64,000 bases of DNA from an uncultured Acidimicrobiales bacterium (GCA_963778415.1 CAVZUI010000013.1:67976-131975); one strand, 5' to 3'. Shown: positions 20,854 to 29,573, counted from the stretch's first letter. The notes: generated by a model not told the origin, from the letters alone. Translations and numbers: made by a program.

Positions 20854-21264
20854 GTGACCGAGCAGATTCCGCTGGTCGACTACCTGGTGCTGGGGGACGA
20901 CCCGCACCTCGTGGCGCAGGAGTGCGACGCCTGTGGCGCCCGCTTCTTCGATCGCCGCAACGCCTGCGCGGCGTGCGGGGGCACCGGGTTCACGCCCGTC
21001 CCCGTCGCCACCGAGGGGGAGCTGCGGACCTTCACGATCGTCAGCTTCGCCGCCCCCGGCGTCCCCGTGCCCTTCGTCGCGGGCGTGATCGACTGCGACG
21101 GCACCAGCGTCCGGGGCAACGTGGTCAACGTCGAGCCCGACGCCGACCACGTGCGCACGGGCATGAAGGTGAAGCTCACGACCGTGCCGGTGGGCGTCGA
21201 CGCCGCCGGCACCGAGGCGGTGGGGTTCGGGTTCGAGCCGAGGGAGGCCTCACGTGGCCAGTGA
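20854..21264 (+). CDS. Zn-ribbon/OB-fold protein (DUF35 family), partner of SCP2-type thiolase
   Basis: Intact 136-aa ORF with a CxxC...CxxC ribbon (CDACGARFFDRRNACAACGG) and an OB-fold tail (RTFTIVSFAAPGVPVPFVAGVIDCDGTSVRGNVV). It overlaps the thiolase start by 11 nt. Confidence 0.85.
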   Translation: MTEQIPLVDYLVLGDDPHLVAQECDACGARFFDRRNACAACGGTGFTPVPVATEGELRTFTIVSFAAPGVPVPFVAGVIDCDGTSVRGNVVNVEPDADHVRTGMKVKLTTVPVGVDAAGTEAVGFGFEPREASRGQ

Positions 21265-22456
21265 CGACATCTGGATCCTCGGGATCCACATGACGAAGTT
21301 CGGGAAGCACCCCGACGAGGACCTCGTCGACCTGGCGTCCGAGGCGGCGATGGCCGCGCTCGCCGACGGCGGCGTGACCATGCAGGACATGGGCGTCGTG
21401 GCCGCGGGCAGCCTCATGGCGGCCGCCGCCGGTCTCGGGCAGCAGGTCCAGAAGCAGATCGGCCAGACCGGCATCCCCGTCTACAACGTGGCCAACGCCT
21501 GCGCCACGGGCGCCACCGCGCTGCGCACCGCGATCATGGCGGTCAAGGCCGGAGAGTGCGACATGGGCCTGGCGGTCGGCGCCGAGAAGCTGGCGGGTGC
21601 CGGCCTTCTGGCGGGCGGGAGCCGCAAGGACGACGGCGACACGTGGACGCCCCACGGGCGCTACGGGGCCGTGGCTCCCGTCGACGGGCGCATCGGCACC
21701 GAGATCATGCCCGGCGTCTTCGCGCAGATCGGCATGGAGTACGGCCACCGCTACGGCGGGGCCAGCTTCGAGCTGTTCGCCCGCATCAGCGAGAAGAACC
21801 ACGCCCACTCGACGCTCAACCCGCTGGCGGCCTACACGAAGCGCATGTCGCTCGAGGAGATCATGGGCGACGTCATGATCGCCTACCCCAACACCCGGCC
21901 GATGTGCTCGGCCAACTGCGACGGCGCCGCGGCCGCGGTGGTCGTGTCGGGCGAGCGGCTCAAGACGATGGACCCCGACCAGCGCCGCCGGGCGGTGAAG
22001 GTGTCGGCCTCGGTGCTGACGAGCGACCCGTGGGACGAGGCGTGCCAGGTGCTGCCCGACGTCAACACGCTCACCCGCAACGCCGCCCGCCAGGCCTACG
22101 ACGCGTCGGGCGTCGCCCCCGAGGACCTCGACCTGGTCGAGCTGCACGACTGCTTCGCCACCGCCGAGCTGGTCCACTACGACAACCTGATGCTGTGCCC
22201 GCCCGGCGAGGCGGCCGCGTTCTTCGAGTCCGGCGCCACGTGGCGCGACGGCTCGACGCCGGTCAACGTCTCGGGCGGCCTGCAGTCGAAGGGCCATCCG
22301 ATCGGGGCCACCGGCATCGCCAACATCTGGGAGGTGTGCCACCACCTCCGGGGCGAGGCGGGCGACCGGCAGATCGAGGGGGCGACGGTGGGGCTCGCCC
22401 ACGTCATCGGCCTCGGTTCGGCGTGCGGCGTCCACGTCCTCGAGAAGGCCGCCTGA
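21254..22456 (+). CDS. Thiolase family protein (SCP2-type thiolase / lipid-transfer protein)
   Basis: Intact 400-aa ORF: IWILGIHMTKFGKHPDEDLVDLASEAAMAALADGG...VYNVANACATGATALRTAIMAVKAGECDMGLAVGAEKL...ELHDCFATAELVHYDNL...NVSGGLQSKGHPIGATG. Confidence 0.92.
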   Translation: MASDDIWILGIHMTKFGKHPDEDLVDLASEAAMAALADGGVTMQDMGVVAAGSLMAAAAGLGQQVQKQIGQTGIPVYNVANACATGATALRTAIMAVKAGECDMGLAVGAEKLAGAGLLAGGSRKDDGDTWTPHGRYGAVAPVDGRIGTEIMPGVFAQIGMEYGHRYGGASFELFARISEKNHAHSTLNPLAAYTKRMSLEEIMGDVMIAYPNTRPMCSANCDGAAAAVVVSGERLKTMDPDQRRRAVKVSASVLTSDPWDEACQVLPDVNTLTRNAARQAYDASGVAPEDLDLVELHDCFATAELVHYDNLMLCPPGEAAAFFESGATWRDGSTPVNVSGGLQSKGHPIGATGIANIWEVCHHLRGEAGDRQIEGATVGLAHVIGLGSACGVHVLEKAA

Positions 22457-22473
22457 CGGCGCACGTCGGTGAC

Positions 22474-22499
22474 GTGCTGCCGGCCCCGGCCGGCAGCAC
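22474..22499 (+). terminator. Candidate terminator hairpin after the thiolase gene
   Basis: GTGCTGCCGG ccccgg CCGGCAGCAC, a perfect 10-bp stem 18 nt after the stop. There is no U-tract. Confidence 0.3.
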
Positions 22500-22569
22500 G
22501 ATCGGCCCCGCCGTGTCAGACTCGATCGAAGCTTGCGAAAGGTAAGCACCCGAGAACGAGGGGGACACG

Positions 22570-23079
22570 ATGGGGACCGACACCAGCCGCGCCGCCGAGG
22601 CCCGCGAGGCCTACCGCCGCTACGTCGAGGAGCGGGGCCGGGCCGAGCGGGGCGAGATCCCCTGGTCGGCCGTCGCCGAAGGCTTCTTCACCGAGGACGC
22701 CGTCTTCATCGATCCCGCGTGGGGCCGCATCGAGGGCCACGCGGCCATCACGAAGTTCTTCGACGAGAGCATGGCCGGGCTCGAGGGGTGGACCTTCCCC
22801 GAGTCGTTCGCCCTGTCCGACGGCGAGCGCATCGTGGCCCTGTGGTGGAACCGGCTGGAGGGCACCGGGCCCGACGGGCGGCCGCACGAAGCGCCGGGCG
22901 TCTCGATCGTGCACTACGCCGGCGACGGCAAGTTCAGCTACGAGCTGGACATCCTCAACATGTCCGAGGTGATCGAGGTCATCGGGGCCAGCGGCTGGAC
23001 GCCGCCGGCCGACTTCAACCCGCCGCCGCGCCATCCGGTGCGGGACACGACGCCGACCGACGGGATGCCATCGGCCTGA
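22570..23079 (+). CDS. Nuclear transport factor 2 (SnoaL-like) family protein
   Basis: Intact 169-aa ORF with RBS GAGGGGGA upstream: FTEDAVFIDPAWGRIEGHAAITKFFDESMAGLEGWTFPESFALSDGERIVALWWNRL...VSIVHYAGDGKFSYELDILN. Confidence 0.8.
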   Translation: MGTDTSRAAEAREAYRRYVEERGRAERGEIPWSAVAEGFFTEDAVFIDPAWGRIEGHAAITKFFDESMAGLEGWTFPESFALSDGERIVALWWNRLEGTGPDGRPHEAPGVSIVHYAGDGKFSYELDILNMSEVIEVIGASGWTPPADFNPPPRHPVRDTTPTDGMPSA

Positions 23080-23091
23080 CGGCGTCGCCGC

Positions 23092-23607
23092 TCACGTGAC
23101 CGCCTCGTCGGGCCGCCACGGGCGGAGGCGGGGCACCCACCCGGGCACCGCCCGCCGGTAGGCCAGGTACTGCTCGCCGTAGCGGGCCGCGAGCAGCGGC
23201 TCCTCGTGCCAGCGGACGAACGCGGCCATCCCGGCCCCGGCCAGCGCGGCGTACGCCACGAGCACCGGCCGCCAGAGCAGCAGCGCCTGGCCGAGGATCG
23301 CCCCGACCACCGCGACGTACATCGGGTTGCGCACGTAGCGGTACAGGCCACCGACGACGAGGCGCTCGGTGGGTGCGATCGGCGCCGGCGTCCCGCGCCC
23401 CTCGCGGACGAAGCGGACGAACGCCTGCACCAGCACGACCGCGCAGGCGCCGACGTCCACCGCGCCGGCCAGGCGCAGCGGTGGCGCCCAGCCGGGTGCG
23501 TCGCCGGCCTCCCAGCCGGTCAGCGCCCAGGGGACGAGGCCCGCGACGACGCCCGGCGCCACGGCGAAGAACACGGAGCTGCCGACGGCGGCAGCGGAGG
23601 TGCGCAC
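23092..23607 (-). CDS. Isoprenylcysteine carboxyl methyltransferase (ICMT/PEMT-like) family membrane protein
   Basis: Intact 171-aa ORF with several TM segments and LVVGGLYRYVRNPMYVAVVGAILGQALLL...EEPLLAARYGEQYLAYRRAVPGWVPR. Confidence 0.85.
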   Translation of the reverse strand: MRTSAAAVGSSVFFAVAPGVVAGLVPWALTGWEAGDAPGWAPPLRLAGAVDVGACAVVLVQAFVRFVREGRGTPAPIAPTERLVVGGLYRYVRNPMYVAVVGAILGQALLLWRPVLVAYAALAGAGMAAFVRWHEEPLLAARYGEQYLAYRRAVPGWVPRLRPWRPDEAVT

Positions 23608-23685
23608 GCGGTCATCCTGGCCGGGTTCGGCGCCCGCCGCACCGAGGCCGCGGCACGGCGGGCACGCGATCCGGCCGGTCGGCCA

Positions 23686-24079
23686 TCAGGACTCGCGCTC
23701 GGGTGCGGGTCCGAAGAAGGCGGCGATGCGGCTGAGGCGGCCGTCGTCGGCGACGATGCCGACGTCCAGGCCCGCGACGGTCACGGTCCCGTCCTCGGCG
23801 GCGAGCTCCCACTCGAAGCGCACGAGCCCGTGGTGGGCGTCGATGCCGCTGGTGCGGACGAACCGCTGGCCGGGGAACTGCTCGTGGGCGAGCACGGGCA
23901 CGGACACCAGCTCGTCGTGGCCGAGCGCCTGCTGCAGCGGATCGAAGTACCCGCCGTCCTCGGTCCAGGCCTGGCGGGTCAGCTCGCGGCGGGCCGTCGG
24001 CGTCGGTCTCGTTGAGCGCGGCGATGTAGCGGTCGATGACGGGGACGTAGGTTGTCGGGTCGGTGGTGGTGTCGGTCAT
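23686..24079 (-). CDS. NTF2-like (SnoaL/polyketide-cyclase-like) protein; one apparent frameshift near 24000
   Basis: MTDTTTDPTTYVPVIDRYIAALNETDADG (ORF 23612-24088 frame) joins ORF 23686-23907 (VPVLAHEQFPGQRFVRTSGIDAHHGLVRFEWELAAEDGTVTVAGLDVGIVADDGRLSRIAAFF). Confidence 0.7.
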
Positions 24080-24165
24080 GGCCAGCACTGTCGGCCACGT
24101 CGGGCCCGGGAGCGATGACCTGAGAGGTAAGCGTCGCCACGACCGCCGGTCGTTAGGGTCGATGC

Positions 24166-25011
24166 ATGGCCGCGACCCTCACCGCTCCCGGCGGCGCTCC
24201 CACGGTCGGCACGCTGCTGCGCGACTGGCGCCGCCGGCGCCGGCTCAGCCAGCTCGACCTGGCCAACGAGGCCGCGGTCTCGGCGCGGCACCTGAGCTTC
24301 GTCGAGACGGGGCGCTCGCGGCCGAGCCCCGAGCTGGTCATGCACCTCGCCGAGCACCTCGACGTGCCGCTGCGCGAGCGCAACGCGCTGCTGCTGGCGG
24401 CCGGGTACGCCCCGCGCTACGCCCAGACGCCCCTCGACGCGGCGGCGATGGCCCCCGTGCGCGACGCCCTCGAGGTGGTCCTCGCCGGTCACCACCCCTT
24501 CCCGGCCGTCGTGGCCGACCGGCACTGGAACCTGGTCACCGCCAACGACTCGGCCATGACCCTGTTGACCGACGGGATCGCCCCCGACCTGTTGGCGCCC
24601 CCGGCCAACGTCTTGCGGGTCAGCCTCCATCCCGAGGGGATGGCCCCGCGGATCGTGAACTTCGGGTCGTGGGCGGCGCACGTGGTCGACAGGGTGCGGC
24701 GCGAGGTCGAGGCGACCGGCGATCCGGTGCTGGACGAGCTGCACGCCGAGCTGTGCGGCTACCCCGGCGTGGCCGGATCTGCGTCGGCCCACGAGACCGT
24801 GGGCGAGCTGTTCGTCCCCCTCGTGCTGCGGATGCCGGACGGGTCGGAGCTCTCGTTCGTCAACACCGTCGCCACGTTCGGGACCGCACGCGACGTGACG
24901 GTCGACGAGCTGACGATCGAGTCGTTCTTCCCGGCCGACGCGGCCGACCGCGGCTGCCCTGCGCGCCCTGTGGGACTGACGGCCGCGCGCGGTCACAGCA
25001 GGGTGAGCTGA
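24166..25011 (+). CDS. XRE-family HTH transcriptional regulator with MmyB-like ligand-binding domain; probable frameshift near 24945 (likely true stop 24979)
   Basis: ORF 24166-25011: TVGTLLRDWRRRRRLSQLDLANEAAVSARHLSFVETGRSRPSPELVMHLAEHLDVPLRERNALLLAAGYAP...HPFPAVVADRHWNLVTANDSA...TVDELTIESFFPAD. An alternative frame after PADAA gives TAAALRALWD-stop, which looks like the native C-terminus. Confidence 0.88.
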   Translation: MAATLTAPGGAPTVGTLLRDWRRRRRLSQLDLANEAAVSARHLSFVETGRSRPSPELVMHLAEHLDVPLRERNALLLAAGYAPRYAQTPLDAAAMAPVRDALEVVLAGHHPFPAVVADRHWNLVTANDSAMTLLTDGIAPDLLAPPANVLRVSLHPEGMAPRIVNFGSWAAHVVDRVRREVEATGDPVLDELHAELCGYPGVAGSASAHETVGELFVPLVLRMPDGSELSFVNTVATFGTARDVTVDELTIESFFPADAADRGCPARPVGLTAARGHSRVS

Positions 25012-27107
25012 TCGGCCGCGGGGGAGCGCGGCCGATCGACCTGCCCCGGTAGCGCCACGGGTGTGGCCGGCGCGGCCGGCGCGGGGCGCCGGCCGGTCAT
25101 GTGCTCGGGGTCGCCCCGCTCGGCGGAGGTGCCGCCGTGGGCGCGCACCAGCTCGCGCACCTGGGCGGCGAGCGCTTGCTGGTCGGCCTTGGGGGCGTAG
25201 ACGCGGTCGCGATAGCGGCGCTGTATCTCGGGCACCAGGTGGGGGTGCGTCTCGGCGAGCCGGGAGAGGTAGACCTCGCGCACCCCCGGCCGCAGGTGCA
25301 GCAGAACGGTCGAGATCGACGTGGCCCCTGCCTCGACACACGCCTGCACGACGGCGTCGAGCTGGTCGGGGCCGTCGGACAGGCCGGGGAGCACGGGCGC
25401 CACCAGCACTCCGCGTCTCGATGCCCGCGGCGTTGAGCGCCTCGACCGCCCGGACGCGCCGGAGCGGGTGCGGCGTGCCCGGCTCGGTGGCGCGCCACAC
25501 GTCTTCGTCGAGCGTGCCGATGGAGAAGTTCACCCGGACGCTGGTGCGCCGGGCGGCGCGGGCGAGCAGGTCGAGGTCGCGGAGCACGAGGGTCGACTTG
25601 GTGAGGATCGAGAAGGGGTTGGCGAACTCGCTCAGCACCTCGACGATGCCCCGGGTGAGGCGGTACTTGCCCTCGGCCCGCTGGTAGGGGTCGGTGTTGG
25701 TGCCCATGGCGATGAGCTCGCCCCGCCACCGCCGGGGGTCGAGCTCGCTGCGCAGGTGCGACACGGCGTTGACCTTGACCACGATGCGCCGCTCGAAGTC
25801 GCGGTCGGCGTCGAGGTCGAGGTAGGTGTGGGTGGGGCGAGCGAAGCAGTTGTGGCTGACCACCCCGTTGGCGATGAAGTCGCCGGTCCCGGTGGTGATG
25901 TCGAACATCGGGAGGTCGAGCCCCATCGGCTCGATGGCGACCACTCCGAGCCGGGCATCGCTCTTGATGGCCACGTCGTCGATCGTGCGCTTGCGGGTGA
26001 TCGCCGGATCCACCGTGTGGAAGAAGGCGAGGTGCCGGCGGAGGCCCGCCGACCAGGCGTACGTACCGCACGCTGTTCGGACGCCCGCCGTCGTCGAGGA
26101 CGTGGTCGAAGCCGAGCCGATCGAGGCAGAGCTGCGTCCACTGGATCATCTCGTCGTCGGCGTTGCAGATGCGCAGGATCCCGCGGCTGTACGAGCCCTC
26201 GGCGTCGAAGATGCCGGCGAGGAACCCGCGGCACCAGTCGATCGATGGATCGTTCGGCCACACGACGAGACGCCGGACGGACGCGACGCCGACGGCCGAC
26301 TGCGTGCGGATCGCCGTGATGGCGCGACGCGTCGCCGACGCGGGCGCGAAGGCGAACTCCGTCGTCGCGACGCCTGCGTGCGCCAGGTACTCGCGCGCTC
26401 GATGCAGGGCCTCGGTGTCGGCCAGGGCGAGGCGGAACCGATGGACCGTGCCACCTCCGGGCCACGAGCGCCGGTCGTACGTGTACGTACCCAGCGTCCC
26501 GTCGCCACGGATGAGGCCGCCGAGGTAGCCGCGCTCGTACTCGGGCTCCACCTTGGGCGTCTCGGGGAGCGCGCCGATCCCGAGCAGCGAGTTGTTCAGC
26601 GTGAGGTGGGGTCGCCGTGCGGCACCTTGGCCAGCGCCGGTGACGTGCTTCCAACCGCGGTCGGTGAGGAAGCGGTGGTCGCCGCTCGCCATCAGGGTCG
26701 TGCCGTCTTCGAGCGTGACCCGGTACCCGGGCTTCACCGTCGACCAGTGGTCGAGCACGGGAGTCGGGACGTAGCGGCGGTAGGCGCCCTTGTCGCACGG
26801 TGCCGTACACCAGGTCGCCGGGTCGCACGTCGGCGAGCGCCTTCGACCGACCGTCCGCCATGAGGACCGGCGTGTCGCCACTGAGGCAGTAGCTGCATGC
26901 ATGAGTGCAGCCCCGGTAGGGGTTGATCGTGTACCGGAAGCCGAACGGGGCGCCCTTGACCTCGTTGATGACCCGTTGGGCCCGCACGTGCAGGAACTCG
27001 ATGCCCCGGTACTCGCCCCGACCGGGCTGGCGCTCGAAGATCGGCTCGTCGAACAACGTCTGCTGGGGCCGCGGCTCTTCGGCTCGGTCCCACCGCAAAG
27101 CTGCCAT
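24993..27107 (-). CDS. Radical SAM protein (Rv2578c-like family) interrupted by an intein; about three apparent frameshifts (~25410, ~26040, ~26790)
   Basis: N-extein in ORF 25632-27107: FRYTINPYRGCTHACSY then CLSGDTPVLMADG. C-extein in the ORF 24076-26013 frame: VVSHN then CFARPTHTYLDLDADRDFERRIVVKVN...IAMGTNTDPYQRAEGKYRLTRGIVEVL...FSILTKS...VNFSIGTLDEDVWRATEPGTPHP. The tail is in ORF 24993-25409. Confidence 0.9.
25849..26888 (-). mobile_element. Intein with LAGLIDADG homing-endonuclease domain, inserted at the third Cys of the radical SAM CX3CX2C motif
   Basis: Block A is CLSGDTPVLMADGR (Cys1 codon 26886-26888). Block B is TLMASGDHRFLTDRGW. The LAGLIDADG motifs are YLGGLIRGDGTL and FLAGIFDAEGSY (ORF 25097-27127 frame). 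Blocks F/G are FDITTGTGDFIANGVVSHN followed by +1 Cys (Asn codon 25849-25851). Confidence 0.88.
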
Positions 27108-27148
27108 GGGCCCACCCTAGCGAACATGTGTACGGGTCGGCGTCTCCG

Positions 27149-27726
27149 TCAGCGCGCCAGGAGCGTGCGCAGGACGTCGCGTGTCGTCGCGATGGGCTCG
27201 GTCGACTGCTCGCCCCGGGCCATGACGATCGTGCCCTCGATGCCCGCGATCACGAGGGTGGCCAGGCCGTGGGCCTCGTCGGCCGTCCGGCCCTCGGCCT
27301 GCAGCGCGGCGTCGCAGCACGTCGGTCCACTCGCGCAGGGCCTTCCCGGTGGCGTCGGCCAGCAAGGGGTGCGTGGACGCCGCGTCGAGGGCGACCGTGG
27401 CCACCGCGCAGCCCTCGGCGTAGGCGGTGCGGTCGAGGTGCTCGACGTAGCCGTCGAAGATGGCGGCCACGGCGTCGGCCACCGTGTCGTGTTCGGCCAG
27501 GATCTCGTGCATGCGGCTGGTGGCCCGCTCCGGCGAAGCGGTCGACCGCGGCCGCGGCGAGCTCGACCTTGCCCCCGGGGAAGTGGAAGTACATCGAGCC
27601 ACGCGGGGCCTCGGCCTCGGCCATGACCTGGTTGAGACCGGTCGCCGCATAGCCCTGCGTGCGCAGGAGCCGGCTGGTCGAACGGACGAGTCGATCACGC
27701 GTGTCGGATGCCACAGCGGACAGCAT
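27149..27726 (-). CDS. TetR/AcrR family transcriptional regulator; two apparent frameshifts
   Basis: ORF 27250-27726: DTRDRLVRSTSRLLRTQGYAATGLNQVMAEAEAPRGSMYFHFPGGKVELAAAAV. The middle is in the ORF 27117-29081 frame (ILAEHDTVADAVAAIFDGYVEHLDRTAYAEGCAVATVALDAAS). A third frame gives EAHGLATLVIAGIEGTIVMARGEQSTEPIATTRDVLRTLLAR-stop (27149). Confidence 0.85.
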
Positions 27727-27731
27727 AGCAA

Positions 27732-27768
27732 TATGACGACTGGTCTATTGACTATGACGACTGGTCTA
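27732..27768. promoter_or_regulatory. Two perfect 16-bp direct repeats TATGACGACTGGTCTA (period 21 bp), candidate TetR operators in the divergent promoter
   Basis: Copies lie at 27732-27747 and 27753-27768, separated by TTGAC. Each contains the imperfect palindrome GACgAcTgGTC. This is the most AT-rich stretch of the region, between the TetR start (27726) and the GNAT start (27783). Confidence 0.55.
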
Positions 27769-27782
27769 GTTACGTTCGACCC

Positions 27783-28338
27783 ATGACCGTGATCCCCTCC
27801 ACGGCGATGCCCCGCAGCGACACGGCCGGGCCGGCACTGGCCCTCGTGGTCGTGCGACCAGCGGGAGCGGACGACCGTGCCGCACTGGCGGCGATGGTCG
27901 AGCGGGCCAGCGACGACACCCTCTGGCGGCGCTTCCACGGCGCCGGCCGCCGGGTCGTCGAGCGCGAGCTCGACCGCATCGCCCACCCCACCGACACCCA
28001 CCGCTCCTGGGTCGCGCTGTCGCCCGGCGGCGCCGTCCACGGCACGGCGACGCTCGCCTTCGGTCGTGACGGCACGGCCGAGGCCGCGTTCCTGGTCGAG
28101 GACGCCTGGCTCCGGCGGGGGATCGGACGCACCCTGTTCGCGGCGATCGCCATCGAGGCTCGGCAGGCCGGCGTGGGCGAGGTCGTGGCCCGGGTGCAGG
28201 CCGACAACGAGCGCGCCATCCGCTTCCTGCGGCGCCCTGCGCCCCGCCTCCCGCGCCACCTTCATCGGCGACGGCGAGGTCGAGGTCGTGGTCCCGGTCC
28301 CGCCCGCGATGCGGGCCGCCGACCGGAGCGCGGCATGA
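27783..28338 (+). CDS. GNAT family N-acetyltransferase (Pat-like subgroup); one apparent frameshift near 28230
   Basis: ORF 27783 frame: VVVRPAGADDRAALAAMVERASDDTLWRRFHG...AAFLVEDAWLRRGIGRTLFAAIAIEARQAGVGEVVARVQADNERAIRFLRR. The C-terminus is in ORF 27877-28338 (ASRATFIGDGEVEVVVPVPP...stop TGA 28336-28338). Confidence 0.8.
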
Positions 28339-28751
28339 TGCGCCGTTCCCGCCCCGATCTCTCGGCGTTCGCCGGGGCCGGCCCGTTCGCCGGGTACTCC
28401 CCGCACGAGCTGGCGCCGCTGGCGCCGCACGCCGACCGGCTCGTCGTGCTGCCCGGCGCGTCGCTCGCCGAGGCCGGCCGCCGGCCGAACGAGGTGCTGA
28501 TCCTGCTGTCGGGCGAGGCGCACGTGTCCGGTGGGCCCGACGACGGTGCGGTGCTCGGCGCCGGTGCCGTGGTCGGCGCGCGCGAGGAGCTGGCCGGCGA
28601 ACCTCACCCGGTGACCGTGGTCGCCGGCGGCGGGGTGTCGGCCCTGGTCCTCACGGGCGTGGCGTTCCGGTGGGCCGTGCAGTCGCTGCCGGGGCTGCGC
28701 GACCGCCTCGGGCTCGATCAGCCGGCCGGCGCCGACGCCGCCGTGGCGTAG
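28335..28751 (+). CDS. Stand-alone cyclic-nucleotide-binding (CAP effector) domain-like protein
   Basis: ATG 28335 overlaps the GNAT stop (ATGA). Sequence: FAGYSPHELAPLAPHADRLVVLPGASLAEAGRRPNEVLILLSGEAHVSGGPDDGAVLGAGAVVGAREELAGEPHPVTVVAGGGVSALVLTGVAFRWAV. The beta-roll pattern is present, but the phosphate-binding-cassette Arg position reads His-Pro-Val. Confidence 0.7.
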   Translation: MMRRSRPDLSAFAGAGPFAGYSPHELAPLAPHADRLVVLPGASLAEAGRRPNEVLILLSGEAHVSGGPDDGAVLGAGAVVGAREELAGEPHPVTVVAGGGVSALVLTGVAFRWAVQSLPGLRDRLGLDQPAGADAAVA

Positions 28752-29464
28752 GCGTCCAACACCGCGGGCCACCCGTTGCGGAACCCCTCGACCTCGGCGG
28801 CGCCGTCGGGTCCGAGGTCGTCCCACCCGCGGTGCTCGACCTCGACGCGGGTGAGCCGGTCGTCTCCCGCGAACGTCACCTCGACCTCGGTGGCGCCCGA
28901 CCAGCCCGGTGCCTGCCACGTGAACACGATGCGCGACGGAGGCTCGCAGGCGATGACCTCGCCCACCTGCAGCTCGTCGCCGTCGGTGAAGCGCTCGAAG
29001 AAGCGCCCGCCCAGCCGCGGCTCGAGCGCGATCGTCTCGGCTCTGTCGCCCCCGTAGCTGAAGCCGTGGTGGAGGGGCCACCAGCGGGCGATCCCGGTCG
29101 TGAACAGCTCGAACGCAGCCGCGGGCGGGATCGCCACGTCCACCGAGCGCCGGACGGTCACGGCTCCTCGCCCGTCGGCCGCGGCGTCGGCGAAGCCCTG
29201 CAGGGCCGACGACCAGAGGTCGGACGTGTAGCGCTGCAACGCCTCGACGCCGGCGGGATCGAGCTCGTAGAGGCGGCGCGTGCCGTCGGCCCGGTCGACG
29301 ACGAGCCCGGCCTCCTTCAGCACCTTGAGGTGCTGCGACACCGCCGGCCTGGTCACCGGCAGGGCCTCGGCCAGGCGGGCGACGGGAAGCGGCCCGTCGC
29401 GCAGCACGTCGAGGATCTGGCGCCGGGTGCGGTCTCCGACTGCGTCCAGGGCGGCGTCGATCAC
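28718..29464 (-). CDS. ArsR/SmtB HTH regulator fused to an SRPBCC/AHSA1 domain
   Basis: Intact 248-aa ORF: GDRTRRQILDVLRDGPLPVARLAEALPVTRPAVSQHLKVLKEAGLV...YTSDLWSSALQGF, then VRRSVDVAIPPAAAFELFTTGIARWWP...RIVFTWQAPGWSGATEVEVTF. Confidence 0.88.
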   Translation of the reverse strand: MIDAALDAVGDRTRRQILDVLRDGPLPVARLAEALPVTRPAVSQHLKVLKEAGLVVDRADGTRRLYELDPAGVEALQRYTSDLWSSALQGFADAAADGRGAVTVRRSVDVAIPPAAAFELFTTGIARWWPLHHGFSYGGDRAETIALEPRLGGRFFERFTDGDELQVGEVIACEPPSRIVFTWQAPGWSGATEVEVTFAGDDRLTRVEVEHRGWDDLGPDGAAEVEGFRNGWPAVLDAYATAASAPAG

Positions 29465-29483
29465 CTGGGCGTCCGCGGTCGAA

Positions 29484-29526
29484 GGTTCGTGTTGACTAAC
29501 GGTTCGTGCTAGACTTACGGTTCGTC
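29484..29526. promoter_or_regulatory. Three direct repeats of GGTTCGT(G/C) at 17-18 bp spacing, candidate operator in the ArsR-SRPBCC / VOC divergent region
   Basis: Copies lie at 29484-29491, 29501-29508 and 29519-29526, interleaved with TTGACT and TAGACT hexamers in a locally AT-richer stretch. Confidence 0.4.
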
Positions 29527-29573
29527 ACCACTGACCAAGTGTCCCACGTGGACCCGACGAGAGGAAACCCCCC

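Noticed and set aside
27783-28751. The single 322-aa ORF, which suggests a GNAT-cNMP-domain fusion protein.
   Set aside because: The middle segment ([35 protein letters not shown]) looks off-frame. The alternative frame gives a GNAT-like C-terminus ending at TGA 28336-28338, overlapping ATG 28335. A true fusion cannot be excluded without corrected sequence.
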